Shown one piece after another: positions 1 to 9,229 of a stretch of 64,000 nt of DNA (position 1 is its first letter; every line of letters begins with the position of its first letter). The notes below the pieces were generated by a model. It did not search any database. It was not told the origin of the DNA and saw nothing but the letters and a program-made list of their open reading frames with translations. The position numbers and the translations under genes are program-made. Source of the DNA: Sumerlaeia bacterium. GTDB lineage: Bacteria; Sumerlaeota; Sumerlaeia; SLMS01; JAHLLQ01. The DNA lies in contig JAVJSW010000049.1 of NCBI GenBank assembly GCA_040219255.1, positions 96,001-160,000 on the forward strand, in the 5' to 3' direction.

Positions 1-1399
1 CTTCTTCCAGGCCGGCATCCAGAACGGCGACCCGGACGGGCTGGCGCTGGTGGACGACTCGAACACCCTCATCCAGTTCCTCAGCTACGATGGGTCCTTC
101 GTCGCCGCCAGCGGCATCGCGGCGGGCCTGACCTCGGAAAACATCGGCGGCGAGCCCACCACTACGCCCATCGGCGAGAGCCTGCAACTGACCGGCACGG
201 GCTCGGTGTACGAGGACTTCACCTGGGCCGCAAGCACCGCCACGAACACGGCGGGCGCGCTCAACGGCAGCCAAACGTTCCAGCCCGCGGGCGGAACACT
301 GAACGCCAACGGCGTGCTGGAATTCGCCTCGGCCAGCCGCGCCGGGTCCGAGGACGGCGGCGCCATCGTGGTGTCGGTGCTGCGGCTGGCGGGCACGGCG
401 GGGGCCATTGCGGTGCCGTTCTCGGTCGGCGGCGCCAGTACCGCCTCGGGCGCGGACTACACGATCGCCACGGCCAGCCCGCTCAACTTCGCCGACAGCG
501 ACGACGTCCAATCCATCACCATCAACCCGGTGGTCGATTCGGATCACCTGGAGGGGGACGAGACGATTGTCCTTCAGTTGGGCGCGCCCACTGGCGGAGC
601 GGCGCTGGGCGCTCAGAGCGAAGTCGTGGTGACGCTGCTGGCCAGCGACCGCACCCTGATCCCCAGCGGCACGAACCCGCCGCCGCTGGAATTCGCCGAG
701 GGTGTGCGGGCGACGGTGGACTTCAACGACGTGTCGGCCGCGGGCGCTGGCTTCGCCGCCAATCTCGTCAAGGACAACGCGGCCATCGTGGGTCTGTCGT
801 CGAGCCTCGGCGTGTACTGGGATTTCACCGTCGAAACCGGATTCGCCTTCGGTGGCGAGGTGCTGGTGACGCTCGAATACCGCGACGGCGAGCTGAACGG
901 CGTGGATGAGAACACGATGACGCTGGTGAAGGCCAACTCGCCGGCCGGACCCTGGCAGCCCGTACAGATCGTCGAACGCGACACCGTCAACAACACTATC
1001 TCCGCCATCGTCACCGGGTTTTCGACCTTTACGGCGACCAACGATACGGTGCTGTGGGTGGACCTGGTGGCTTTCGAGGCGGAGGATCTGGGTTCGGGCG
1101 GCGTGCGTGTGACCTGGGAAACGGCGGCGGAGGTCGATTCCCTCGGCTTCCACATCCACCGCGTGGCCCCCGATGGCGGGCTGGGCGGGCAAGTCACCTC
1201 TGGCCTCGTGCCGGCCACGGGCAGCCCCCTCGGCGGTGCGTTCTACGAAGTCCTGGACAGCGAAGCGTTGGCCACCGGAGAGAGCCGCGGGTACTTCCTG
1301 GTGGAGACGGAGACCTCTGGAAAGACAACCACTTACGGACCCATCACGGTATCCGCCGAAGCGCGCGAGAGCGCCGTGGAGGATTGGACGATCTTCTGA
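1..1399 (+). CDS. 5'-truncated large secreted/surface protein: lamin-tail-like region, Calx-beta domain, Ig-like C-terminal domain, tail SAVEDWTIF
   Basis: Frame open from base 2 (FFQAGIQNGDPDGLALVD..IQFLSYDG). Calx-beta pattern EFASAS..EDGG..V.V.R..G..G..DY..LNF..EGDETIVLQL. C-terminal VDLVAFEA..VTWETAAEVDSLGFHIHR domain. Confidence 0.8.
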   Translation, partial: FFQAGIQNGDPDGLALVDDSNTLIQFLSYDGSFVAASGIAAGLTSENIGGEPTTTPIGESLQLTGTGSVYEDFTWAASTATNTAGALNGSQTFQPAGGTLNANGVLEFASASRAGSEDGGAIVVSVLRLAGTAGAIAVPFSVGGASTASGADYTIATASPLNFADSDDVQSITINPVVDSDHLEGDETIVLQLGAPTGGAALGAQSEVVVTLLASDRTLIPSGTNPPPLEFAEGVRATVDFNDVSAAGAGFAANLVKDNAAIVGLSSSLGVYWDFTVETGFAFGGEVLVTLEYRDGELNGVDENTMTLVKANSPAGPWQPVQIVERDTVNNTISAIVTGFSTFTATNDTVLWVDLVAFEAEDLGSGGVRVTWETAAEVDSLGFHIHRVAPDGGLGGQVTSGLVPATGSPLGGAFYEVLDSEALATGESRGYFLVETETSGKTTTYGPITVSAEARESAVEDWTIF

Positions 1400-1430
1400 T
1401 CGGAAGCCGGAGGCAACGGATTGACAGGAA

Positions 1431-1472
1431 AACCTCCCCCGCGCTCGACCGAGACGGGGGAGGTTATTTTTT
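1431..1472 (+). terminator. Rho-independent terminator
   Basis: AACCTCCCCC..GGGGGAGGTT stem followed by a T tract, just after the stop at 1399. Confidence 0.75.
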
Positions 1473-1745
1473 GTCTGGGAACGAAGGGCATCAATAATTC
1501 CCCAACTTATGCGTTGTCAGAAAGCCGTTCCAAAGAAGGGAATTGCAACTCATTGCCTGCAAGATTAACCGGCACGGAACATGCCACTTTTCCTTCTTCT
1601 GTCATAAAATAAGAGGGAAAGTTCTCATAGGCACTTGACTTTGCCTCTTCCACATGATTTTCTAACGTATCTTGTCATTCCCGGTTTTGCCTTGGCTCAT
1701 CACGCTCGAGCCCGCTTCTCCGGCCTTATCCTGGAGGTTCCCACC

Positions 1746-2966
1746 ATGTCGCCGAAGCCCCTGTCGTTTGCCAGGAAGTTACTCCTCTGCGCTCTTCTCT
1801 GCGCCGCCGCCGTTCCCGCTTCGGCGGGTTACAACGTCTGGACGGACACGACGGTGGCGCCTGGGGTCGTCTGGAAGAACAAGGTTTACCCCAGCCTCTT
1901 TGGCGGCAAACAGACCGTCAACGTCCTGGAGGTGGACCTGACGCATCCGCAGGTGAAGGTCCAGCCGTTGAAGACCTCCTCGGGCTGCGCCACCACGTCG
2001 GCCATCAGCAATGGCTATGGGGCCATCGCGTCGGTGAACGGCGGGTTCTTCGGCGGCTGCTCGTCCGTTTCCATGATCAAGATCAACAACACGGTCCACG
2101 CGACGAATCCGGGCTACAAGCCGGCCCGCGCCACGGTGGGGATCAACCAGGGCGGCGACAGCGCTTCCATCGCCCGCATCTCGTCGACCGACTCCTGGTC
2201 GGCGGTGAACGACGCGCTGGGGGCGGGGCCGAATCTGGTGACGAACGGCAGCCTGGACGTGTCCTGGTCCGCGGAGGGGTTCGATGCCTCCTATACTTAT
2301 CGCAACCCGCGCACCGCGGTAGGCCTGAAGAACAACGGCCAGACCATGGTCATGGTGACGGTCGACGGCCGCACGTCGGCGGGCGTGGGCATGACGCTCG
2401 ACGAGTTGGCGACGTACATGACGTGGCTCGGTTGCCAAAGCGCCATGAACCTGGACGGCGGCGGCTCGACCACCATGTGGGCCTCGGGCAGCGGCGTCGT
2501 GAACACGCCGAGCGACGGCTACGAGCGCAGCGTGGTCAGCATCCTGGCGGTCTTCAGCCTGCCCGCCCCGCTGATCGTGGACAATACCTCTTCGGATTTC
2601 ACGGCGTCGGCCAATTGGTGGGCCTCGTCTTCGAGCCCAGGCTACTACGGCAGCAACTACCACGTGCGCGCGACGGCGTCTTCGGGCGACGCGGCGACCT
2701 GGAAGGCCAACTTCACCGGCGGCACCTATAAAGTGTATGCGCGCTGGGCGGCGGGGAGCAACCGGGCCTCGGCGGCTCCCTACGTGATTTACCACGCCAA
2801 TGGGTCCTCGACCGTTTACAAGAACCAGCAGATCGACGGCGGCACGTGGCAGTTGCTCGGCACGTACGATTTCAATGGCGGACTGGGGACTCGGGTGGCA
2901 TTATCGTGCTGGACCTCCTCGGGTTCGTATGTGGTCGCGGACGCGATCATGTTCGAGAAGCAATAG
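1746..2966 (+). CDS. Secreted phosphodiester glycosidase (NAGPA family) with C-terminal golvesin-like domain
   Basis: GGAGG RBS and signal peptide (..PASA). Motifs VNGGFF, NPRTAVG, VDGR, NLDGGGST. C-terminal IVDN..YYGSNY..Y.VYARW..NQQ.DGG.W..LGTY..VVADAI. Confidence 0.85.
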   Translation: MSPKPLSFARKLLLCALLCAAAVPASAGYNVWTDTTVAPGVVWKNKVYPSLFGGKQTVNVLEVDLTHPQVKVQPLKTSSGCATTSAISNGYGAIASVNGGFFGGCSSVSMIKINNTVHATNPGYKPARATVGINQGGDSASIARISSTDSWSAVNDALGAGPNLVTNGSLDVSWSAEGFDASYTYRNPRTAVGLKNNGQTMVMVTVDGRTSAGVGMTLDELATYMTWLGCQSAMNLDGGGSTTMWASGSGVVNTPSDGYERSVVSILAVFSLPAPLIVDNTSSDFTASANWWASSSSPGYYGSNYHVRATASSGDAATWKANFTGGTYKVYARWAAGSNRASAAPYVIYHANGSSTVYKNQQIDGGTWQLLGTYDFNGGLGTRVALSCWTSSGSYVVADAIMFEKQ

Positions 2967-3312
2967 CCCACCGAGGCATTCCGCAAAGTTCGGTCATGGC
3001 GCCCGCCCCCACCGGCCCGCCATCGCATCCATCCGGCCCGCGTTCTTGCCGCGCGGGCCGGACGTTATTTTGGTCCGGGCCCCTCCGCCCGCTCTCCCGA
3101 TGGATCCCCCAATTCAGTCAACGGCTTTACCCGCCAACTGGAAAGATTCGCCGCCTTTGGGCTGGACACGGAGGGGGCGGGCGGCGCTTGTAAGCCACTA
3201 AACTCAGCCAGCTTGTGTTGGGTGCAACCGGTTGCGTGTCCTGTCAGCACCAGACCGGCCCCAACACCACGACGAAACCGCTGGCGATTACTCCGAGGGA
3301 GACTCGACGACC

Positions 3313-4668
3313 ATGAATGTTTGCGTGATCGGAACGGGCTATGTGGGCCTGGTTACGGGGGCGGTATTCGCCGATTTGGGCAATGATGTGATCTGTGTGG
3401 ATATGGACGAGCGCAAGGTCGCCCTGCTCCAGAACAACGTGATGCCCATCTACGAGCCCGGCCTGGAAGAAATCGTTCGCAAGAGCCAGGAAGACGGCCG
3501 GATCAGCTTTACCACCAACACCGCGGAAGCCGTTCGCAAATCCAAGGTGGTCTTCATCGCCGTGGGTACGCCGCCGGCCGCCGACGGTTCGACGAACCTG
3601 TCCTTTGTGGAGGGCGCCGCCCGCGACATCGCCCGCGCCATGGTCGACTACACGATCGTGGTCAACAAGTCCACGGTGCCCGTGGGCACCGGCGACTTTG
3701 TCCGCCGCACCATCTCCCAGGAACTCGAAAAGCAGGGCCGCAGCCTCGAGTTCGACGTCGTGTCGAACCCCGAATTCCTCCGCGAAGGCTCCGCCATCAA
3801 GGACTCCCTCGAACCCGACCGCATCGTGATCGGCGCGCCGACGCAGAATGTGGCGATGGCGCTCCTCGAGCTTTACGCCCCCCTCGAACGCCCCATGCTG
3901 ATCACCGACGTGTACAGCGCCGAACTGATCAAGTACGCTTCGAACGCTTTCCTGGCCACCAAGATCAGCTTCATCAACATGGTCGCCAACGTGTGCGAGC
4001 AGGTCGGCGCCGACGTGACCTTGGTTTCCAAGGGCATGGGCTTCGACAAGCGCATCGGCCGCGAGTTCCTCAACGCCGGCCTCGGCTACGGCGGCTCCTG
4101 CTTCCCCAAGGACGTGGACTCGCTGAACCACAAGATCAAGGATCTGAAGGAAGACTCGGGGATCCTGGACGCCGTGACGCGGATCAACGCCGACCGCACA
4201 CCGCGCTTCATCCGCCGCATCAAGGAAATCGCCGGCGGCGTGTCCGGCAAGCGCATCGCCCTCTGGGGCCTGGCTTTCAAGCCTGACACCGACGACATGC
4301 GGGAAGCCAAGAGCGTGGAAGTGATCCGCGCGTTGGTGAACGACGGCGCGGAAATCGTGGCCTACGATCCCATCGCCATCGAAAAGTCGAAGGAAGTGCA
4401 GCCCCCGCTGCCCAAGATCGAGTACGTGGACAATGCCTATGACGCCGCCAAGGGCGCCGACGCTCTGGTGATCATGACCGAGTGGAACGAATTCAAACTC
4501 GTCAACCTCGAGCGCCTGCACGACCTGATGAAGACGCCGTTGATTTTCGACGGCCGCAACATCTACCCGGTCGAGCGCATGGCCCGCATGGGCTTCGACT
4601 ACGTCAGCATCGGCCGCGCCGCGACGCTGGAAAACAGCGAAGCCGCCAAGCAGCCGGCGGCAGTCTAA
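3313..4668 (+). CDS. ugd: UDP-glucose 6-dehydrogenase
   Basis: GTGYVG, IYEPGL, KSTVPVGT, SNPEFLREG, GYGGSCFPKD, GLAFKPDTDDMRE. Confidence 0.95.
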   Translation: MNVCVIGTGYVGLVTGAVFADLGNDVICVDMDERKVALLQNNVMPIYEPGLEEIVRKSQEDGRISFTTNTAEAVRKSKVVFIAVGTPPAADGSTNLSFVEGAARDIARAMVDYTIVVNKSTVPVGTGDFVRRTISQELEKQGRSLEFDVVSNPEFLREGSAIKDSLEPDRIVIGAPTQNVAMALLELYAPLERPMLITDVYSAELIKYASNAFLATKISFINMVANVCEQVGADVTLVSKGMGFDKRIGREFLNAGLGYGGSCFPKDVDSLNHKIKDLKEDSGILDAVTRINADRTPRFIRRIKEIAGGVSGKRIALWGLAFKPDTDDMREAKSVEVIRALVNDGAEIVAYDPIAIEKSKEVQPPLPKIEYVDNAYDAAKGADALVIMTEWNEFKLVNLERLHDLMKTPLIFDGRNIYPVERMARMGFDYVSIGRAATLENSEAAKQPAAV

Positions 4669-4703
4669 GAGGCGGTGGACAGCAAGTCATCCTGGATCGC
4701 AGA

Positions 4704-5498
4704 ATGCTGAGAACACTTGTCGAGCGAGCCACTCGCAGCAGCGTATTCCGCAGGCGATTGCCTTCGGCGCTCGGGGGGGCTCGCTTTTTCGTTTCCGCCT
4801 CCGCTGGCCTCGGCTACCTGTTCCGCCCCGTTGAAAGGATCGATCCCGCACTCTGTGCTCTGGCCAGGGAATTCGTCCACACCGATTACGTCGTTTGGGA
4901 CGTCGGCGCCAACGTAGGGCTGTTCTCCTTCGCGGCGGCTCACCTTGCCGGACCCAATGGCCGTGTTTGCTCAATCGAACCCGACCTCTGGCTCGTGCAA
5001 CTGCTCAGGCGTTCGGCGTCTCAACAGCCCTCCACGTCCGCACCGGTGCAGGTCGTTCCATCCGCTGTAGCGGGGGCCTGTACCCTGAGGACGCTCAACA
5101 TAGCAACCCGTTCACGAGCCACAAACTGTCTCTCGGGATACGGTTCAACGCAGATGGGAGGGGTCGCTGAGCAGCAAACCGTGGTGACCGTAACTCTCGA
5201 CTGGCTTGCGGAATTCCTGCCCCCGCCGGATCTGGTCAAGATCGATGTGGAAGGGGCTGAACTCGAAGTTCTCCGAGGCGCGGTCAATCTGCTCAGCAGC
5301 AATCGACCCATCTTCCTGTGCGAGGTCTGCTCAGAGAATTTTGTCCCTCTGACGTCGCTCTTCCGAGAATGCGGCTACCGAGTCTTTGATGGCGAAGAAC
5401 CCGCTGAGCAACGGCAAGAGCTTGACGTGGCCCGCTGGAGTACCATCGCGATTCCCAACTCATCAACGCCACCTGCGGACAGCGCCACCGAAGCGTAG
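4704..5498 (+). CDS. FkbM-family methyltransferase
   Basis: WDVGANVG, IEPD, KIDVEGAE motifs. Confidence 0.88.
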   Translation: MLRTLVERATRSSVFRRRLPSALGGARFFVSASAGLGYLFRPVERIDPALCALAREFVHTDYVVWDVGANVGLFSFAAAHLAGPNGRVCSIEPDLWLVQLLRRSASQQPSTSAPVQVVPSAVAGACTLRTLNIATRSRATNCLSGYGSTQMGGVAEQQTVVTVTLDWLAEFLPPPDLVKIDVEGAELEVLRGAVNLLSSNRPIFLCEVCSENFVPLTSLFRECGYRVFDGEEPAEQRQELDVARWSTIAIPNSSTPPADSATEA

Positions 5499-5548
5499 GC
5501 ATCGGAGTCGCCAGCCCCACCGCACTTCTGTGTGGCAAGTGTTCGGAG

Positions 5549-6847
5549 CTACGCCGGCTTGGCCGCCTGCTCGTCCAAGCCCTCTTCCACTTCCTCCATC
5601 TTTTCCGCAGCCGCGCCCGGCGTGATGCTGAGCTTCGCCGCGTACCAGAGGCCGATCACCGTGACCAGAATCCATTGCAGGAAGTGGATCACGAGGGTGA
5701 AGCCGAGGCCGAGAGCCTGCTCTTCGGGGGAGTCGCCGATGGCACCGACCATGATGAGGGCCAGCAGGCCGCCGACCTCGTAGAGCCCCCAGTAGCCCGG
5801 CGCCGCCGGAATGGCGATGGCGATGCAGGTGATGATCAGGAACGCCATGGATTGAACGAAGGTCAGTTCCAGTTCGGGAAAACCGAAGGCCATGATCCAG
5901 ATGGTCGCGCCGGTGGCGATCCACACGCCGACGCTGTGGAAGATGAGAATCGCCAGCATCCTGGGGCTCTTGAGGGCGTCGAAGCCTTCGGCGAAATGGC
6001 GGAAGAGTTCGCCGATCTTTTCTTTGAACTTGTGGGGCAGGAGCGGAATCGCCATCACAATCCGCAGCACCAGGTTGCGCACCGGGTCGAAGAGCATGGC
6101 GATGACGCCCACGATCAGGACGATGACGAAGGGCACGAGCTTCATCGCCCCGCTCTGGATACCGGCGGGGCTGATGGTGCCAGAGCTGCCGAGGGTGAAG
6201 TCGCGCCCGCCGGGGATGAAAAGGGCGGCGGCCACACCCGCCAGCGCCAGCGCCCCCGCGGCCACGTAGCAGGGCGCCGGGGCTTTGTCGTTGCCCTTCG
6301 CGCCGAGGGTGCGCCCCAGCAGGAAGAGCCCGCCGGCCGCCAGAACCCCCAGCCCCAGCAGCAACCACCGCAGCGGCAGCGTCATGGTGGCGTCGTAGTC
6401 CTTGGAAAAGTCGGAGTCGAATTGCAGTAGCAAGGGTGCCAGCGCGAACAACCCGAGCAGCGTGAGCGAGTCGAGGACGCGTTCGACGAACACGGTGGAC
6501 AATCCAGCGGGGAAGGGCACGCCGGCCGAGCGCCGCAGGGCCAGGGGGCGGGCGGCCTCGCCCGCGCGGCCGGGGACGACGCTGTTCAACCCAAAGCCGA
6601 CCATCAAGGACTGATAGGCCGGGTAGAAGGGAACTTTTTGCTTGGGCGCGAGGAGCAATTGCCAACGCCACACACGCCAGACAAAGGTCAACCAGGTGAC
6701 CACCACGAACGGGATCGCCCACCACCAATTGGCTGTCTTGAGCGTGTCCCAGAGCATGGCGAATTCGATCTGGCGAAAGGCCAGCCAGAGGAAAAAGCCG
6801 CTGAGGAGCAGCGCGATCGCCAGAGAGATGATTTTCTTTGCAGGCAT
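5549..6847 (-). CDS. Lysylphosphatidylglycerol-synthase TM / flippase-like (UPF0104) membrane protein
   Basis: R.WRWQLLL, N.VVPGRAGE..R, VERVLD, PAAPGYWGLYE; multiple TM helices. Confidence 0.85.
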   Translation of the reverse strand: MPAKKIISLAIALLLSGFFLWLAFRQIEFAMLWDTLKTANWWWAIPFVVVTWLTFVWRVWRWQLLLAPKQKVPFYPAYQSLMVGFGLNSVVPGRAGEAARPLALRRSAGVPFPAGLSTVFVERVLDSLTLLGLFALAPLLLQFDSDFSKDYDATMTLPLRWLLLGLGVLAAGGLFLLGRTLGAKGNDKAPAPCYVAAGALALAGVAAALFIPGGRDFTLGSSGTISPAGIQSGAMKLVPFVIVLIVGVIAMLFDPVRNLVLRIVMAIPLLPHKFKEKIGELFRHFAEGFDALKSPRMLAILIFHSVGVWIATGATIWIMAFGFPELELTFVQSMAFLIITCIAIAIPAAPGYWGLYEVGGLLALIMVGAIGDSPEEQALGLGFTLVIHFLQWILVTVIGLWYAAKLSITPGAAAEKMEEVEEGLDEQAAKPA

Positions 6848-6998
6848 GAGAAGGGCGTTTCGCTCCGAGCGAAGAGAATAATCCGCGGCTAATGGCGGGT
6901 TCCGTTCTGCTTGGCAATCTCCGCGCCGCAACGGGAATCCCGGCCGGGCCCGATGGGTTTACCCAATTTTCACCACGGAGACTCGGAGGCACGGAGCA

Positions 6999-7640
6999 AT
7001 GAGAGAAAACCCCCAGATTGTTCTGACCGCCATGGGCGATGGCCTGGCGGGGGCGTGGAACCGATGGTGCGGGGATTTGCCCGGCGTCGAGGTTTGGCGC
7101 CGTTCGATCCTCGATTGCGCCTGCGACGCCGTCGTCAGCCCGGCGAACAGCTTTGGCTTTATGGACGGCGGGATCGACGGGATTTACCTCGATCACTTTG
7201 GCCGGGGGGTGCAGGATCGCCTGAGGGCCGCCATCCTGACGCGGCACGACGGTGAGCTTCTCGTCGGTCAGGCGGAGATTGTCCCCAGCGGCGACGAGGC
7301 GATTCCCTGGCTGATCGCCGCGCCGACGATGCGCGTGCCGATGGCGCTGCGCGAGAGCGTCGCGCCCTACCTGGCGGCGCGGGCGGTACTGCTGCTTTGG
7401 AAGAATGGCACCAACCCCGCCACGGGCCGCCTCGTGCGCGAAGACATCCGCACCATCGCCTTCCCCGGCCTCGGCACCGGGGTCGGCCGCATCGGCCCCC
7501 AGACCTGCGCGCGCCAGGTCCGCCAAGCGATCGAGGACGTCCTCCACCGACCCGCCCAGCTCCCGCGTTCCTGGGCCGAAGCCAGCGAACGCCACCAACT
7601 CCTCTATACCGACCGCCCCCGGAACCTGCAGCGGGATTGA
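6999..7640 (+). CDS. Macro domain (Appr-1-p processing) protein
   Basis: DAVVSPANSFGFMDGGID, AAPTMRVP, PGLGTGVG. Confidence 0.9.
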   Translation: MRENPQIVLTAMGDGLAGAWNRWCGDLPGVEVWRRSILDCACDAVVSPANSFGFMDGGIDGIYLDHFGRGVQDRLRAAILTRHDGELLVGQAEIVPSGDEAIPWLIAAPTMRVPMALRESVAPYLAARAVLLLWKNGTNPATGRLVREDIRTIAFPGLGTGVGRIGPQTCARQVRQAIEDVLHRPAQLPRSWAEASERHQLLYTDRPRNLQRD

Positions 7641-7764
7641 GCGCGCCCGGGCCGAGCGAAAAAGTGAAAACGAACACGCACCACCCGCCCCGCCCCGGCG
7701 TCCTTGGAGGGTGACGGGGGTCACATACGCCCCCGCAGCCGACATCCCACAGAAGGCAAAGACA

Positions 7765-9156
7765 ATGTCCGTTCTCGACGATGCCGAACTGGTCCAGCGC
7801 ACCCGCCGGGGCGACCGCCGCGCGATGGAGAAGCTGATCGAGCTTCACTACGCGGGGGTTCTCGCCGAGGGGCGCAAGATCCTCAAGGACGAGGACGCGG
7901 CGGAAAACCTGGCACAGGAGGTTTTCCTCCGCGCCGCTCTGAATCTGGAGACCTTACGCGAGGACCAGAAATTCGGGGGCTGGGTGCGGACCATCGCCCG
8001 CAACCTGGCCCGCACCTGGAAACGCTCGGAAACCCGCACCTCGCGCCTCGCCCGCCAAATCTTGCTGGAGGACTCCGCCATGGAAAACATCGCCGACACC
8101 ACCCCCTCGGCCCCGGAACGGCTGGAGGAAGTCGACCGGCTGAGTCAGCTTCGCCAAGCCCTCGAAGGCCTGGAGCCGGACGAACGCGACGTGATCCTGC
8201 GGCATTTCTTTCAGAACGAAAGCCAGCGCGACATCGGGCGCGAGCTGGGCGTCCACCACACCACGATCTCGAGGCGGATTCAGGGGGCCCTCGGCAAACT
8301 GAAAACCTTCCTCACGCCCGGAGAGCCCGCGTTCTCCGGCCCCCAGAAGGCCAAGGTCCTCTGCGCCGCCGCGCTGGCGCTGCCCGCCGCGAAGAAAAGC
8401 GCCGTCGCCGGCGAGATCGCCCGGGAAACCGCCACCCTGTCCCTGCCCCCCTGGATGTCGGCCATCCACCCCCATTTCGCGGCCACCGCCGCCGGAGTTA
8501 TCGCTATGAACACCACCCAGAAAATCGTCGTCGCAGCCATCGCCGCCGCCCTCCTCGTCGGAGGCACCGTCGCCACAAAAGCCACCACCGGTTCCCCAGG
8601 CTCCGCCCTCTTCGCCTCCGCCGCCGCCCCGTCGGAAACCATAGACATCGCCATGGGCGGGGAAGTCACCGTGGACATCGCCTTTGGCGAGACCAAACGC
8701 CTCGCCCTCGATTCCATCGCCGGATTGCCGGCCTTCGCCCAGGAACACATCGCGGATTTCCAGACTATCGACCTGACGGCCCGGGAGAACGGCACCATCG
8801 AAGCTCGCCTGGTCAAAGCCGATGGCAGCGTCCTGGAACAGACGCTGTACACGTCGGCGCGCGACACCGCCCAGGCCACCAACGTCCACGTCTGGGAGGA
8901 AATGGGCCTGCTCCTGATCGTCAGCGCCGCCATCCGCCAAACGCCGACTGGTATGCAGGTGAATTACTTCAAGGTCAACCGGCCGGACCTGTTGCCCGCG
9001 GTGAAGAACCTGGAGCGGCTGGCGGAGGAGGGCCGCCTGTCGCCCTACGAAGCCCGCATGCGCACCGAGAAGCTGATGGCGGACAACGGCCTTTTCCCGC
9101 AGGACGCGGAGAACCGCGAGTTGGTTCGGCGGCTGGTGAGCGGGTTCTTCGATTGA
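7765..9156 (+). CDS. ECF sigma-70 factor with TM helix and extracytoplasmic C-terminal extension
   Basis: DAELV..GD..A..LI, AENLAQEVFLRA, F.GWVRTIARN, region-4 HTH SQRDIGRELGV..TISRRI, then hydrophobic IVVAAIAAALLVGG. Confidence 0.88.
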   Translation: MSVLDDAELVQRTRRGDRRAMEKLIELHYAGVLAEGRKILKDEDAAENLAQEVFLRAALNLETLREDQKFGGWVRTIARNLARTWKRSETRTSRLARQILLEDSAMENIADTTPSAPERLEEVDRLSQLRQALEGLEPDERDVILRHFFQNESQRDIGRELGVHHTTISRRIQGALGKLKTFLTPGEPAFSGPQKAKVLCAAALALPAAKKSAVAGEIARETATLSLPPWMSAIHPHFAATAAGVIAMNTTQKIVVAAIAAALLVGGTVATKATTGSPGSALFASAAAPSETIDIAMGGEVTVDIAFGETKRLALDSIAGLPAFAQEHIADFQTIDLTARENGTIEARLVKADGSVLEQTLYTSARDTAQATNVHVWEEMGLLLIVSAAIRQTPTGMQVNYFKVNRPDLLPAVKNLERLAEEGRLSPYEARMRTEKLMADNGLFPQDAENRELVRRLVSGFFD

Positions 9157-9183
9157 GCCAATTGGGGTGAGAATCGGGAACGT

Positions 9184-9205
9184 CTCCCGGCAGCGATGCC
9201 GGGAG
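9184..9205. terminator. Hairpin between convergent genes
   Basis: CTCCCGGCA-GCGA-TGCCGGGAG perfect 9-bp stem. Confidence 0.5.
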
Positions 9206-9229
9206 CGGGTCTTTGGAAAGGCGTGCGAA

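Noticed and set aside
5463-7802. 779-aa minus-strand ORF suggesting a fusion or frameshift
   Set aside because: Off-frame read across the flippase-like and macro-domain genes, both intact in their own frames
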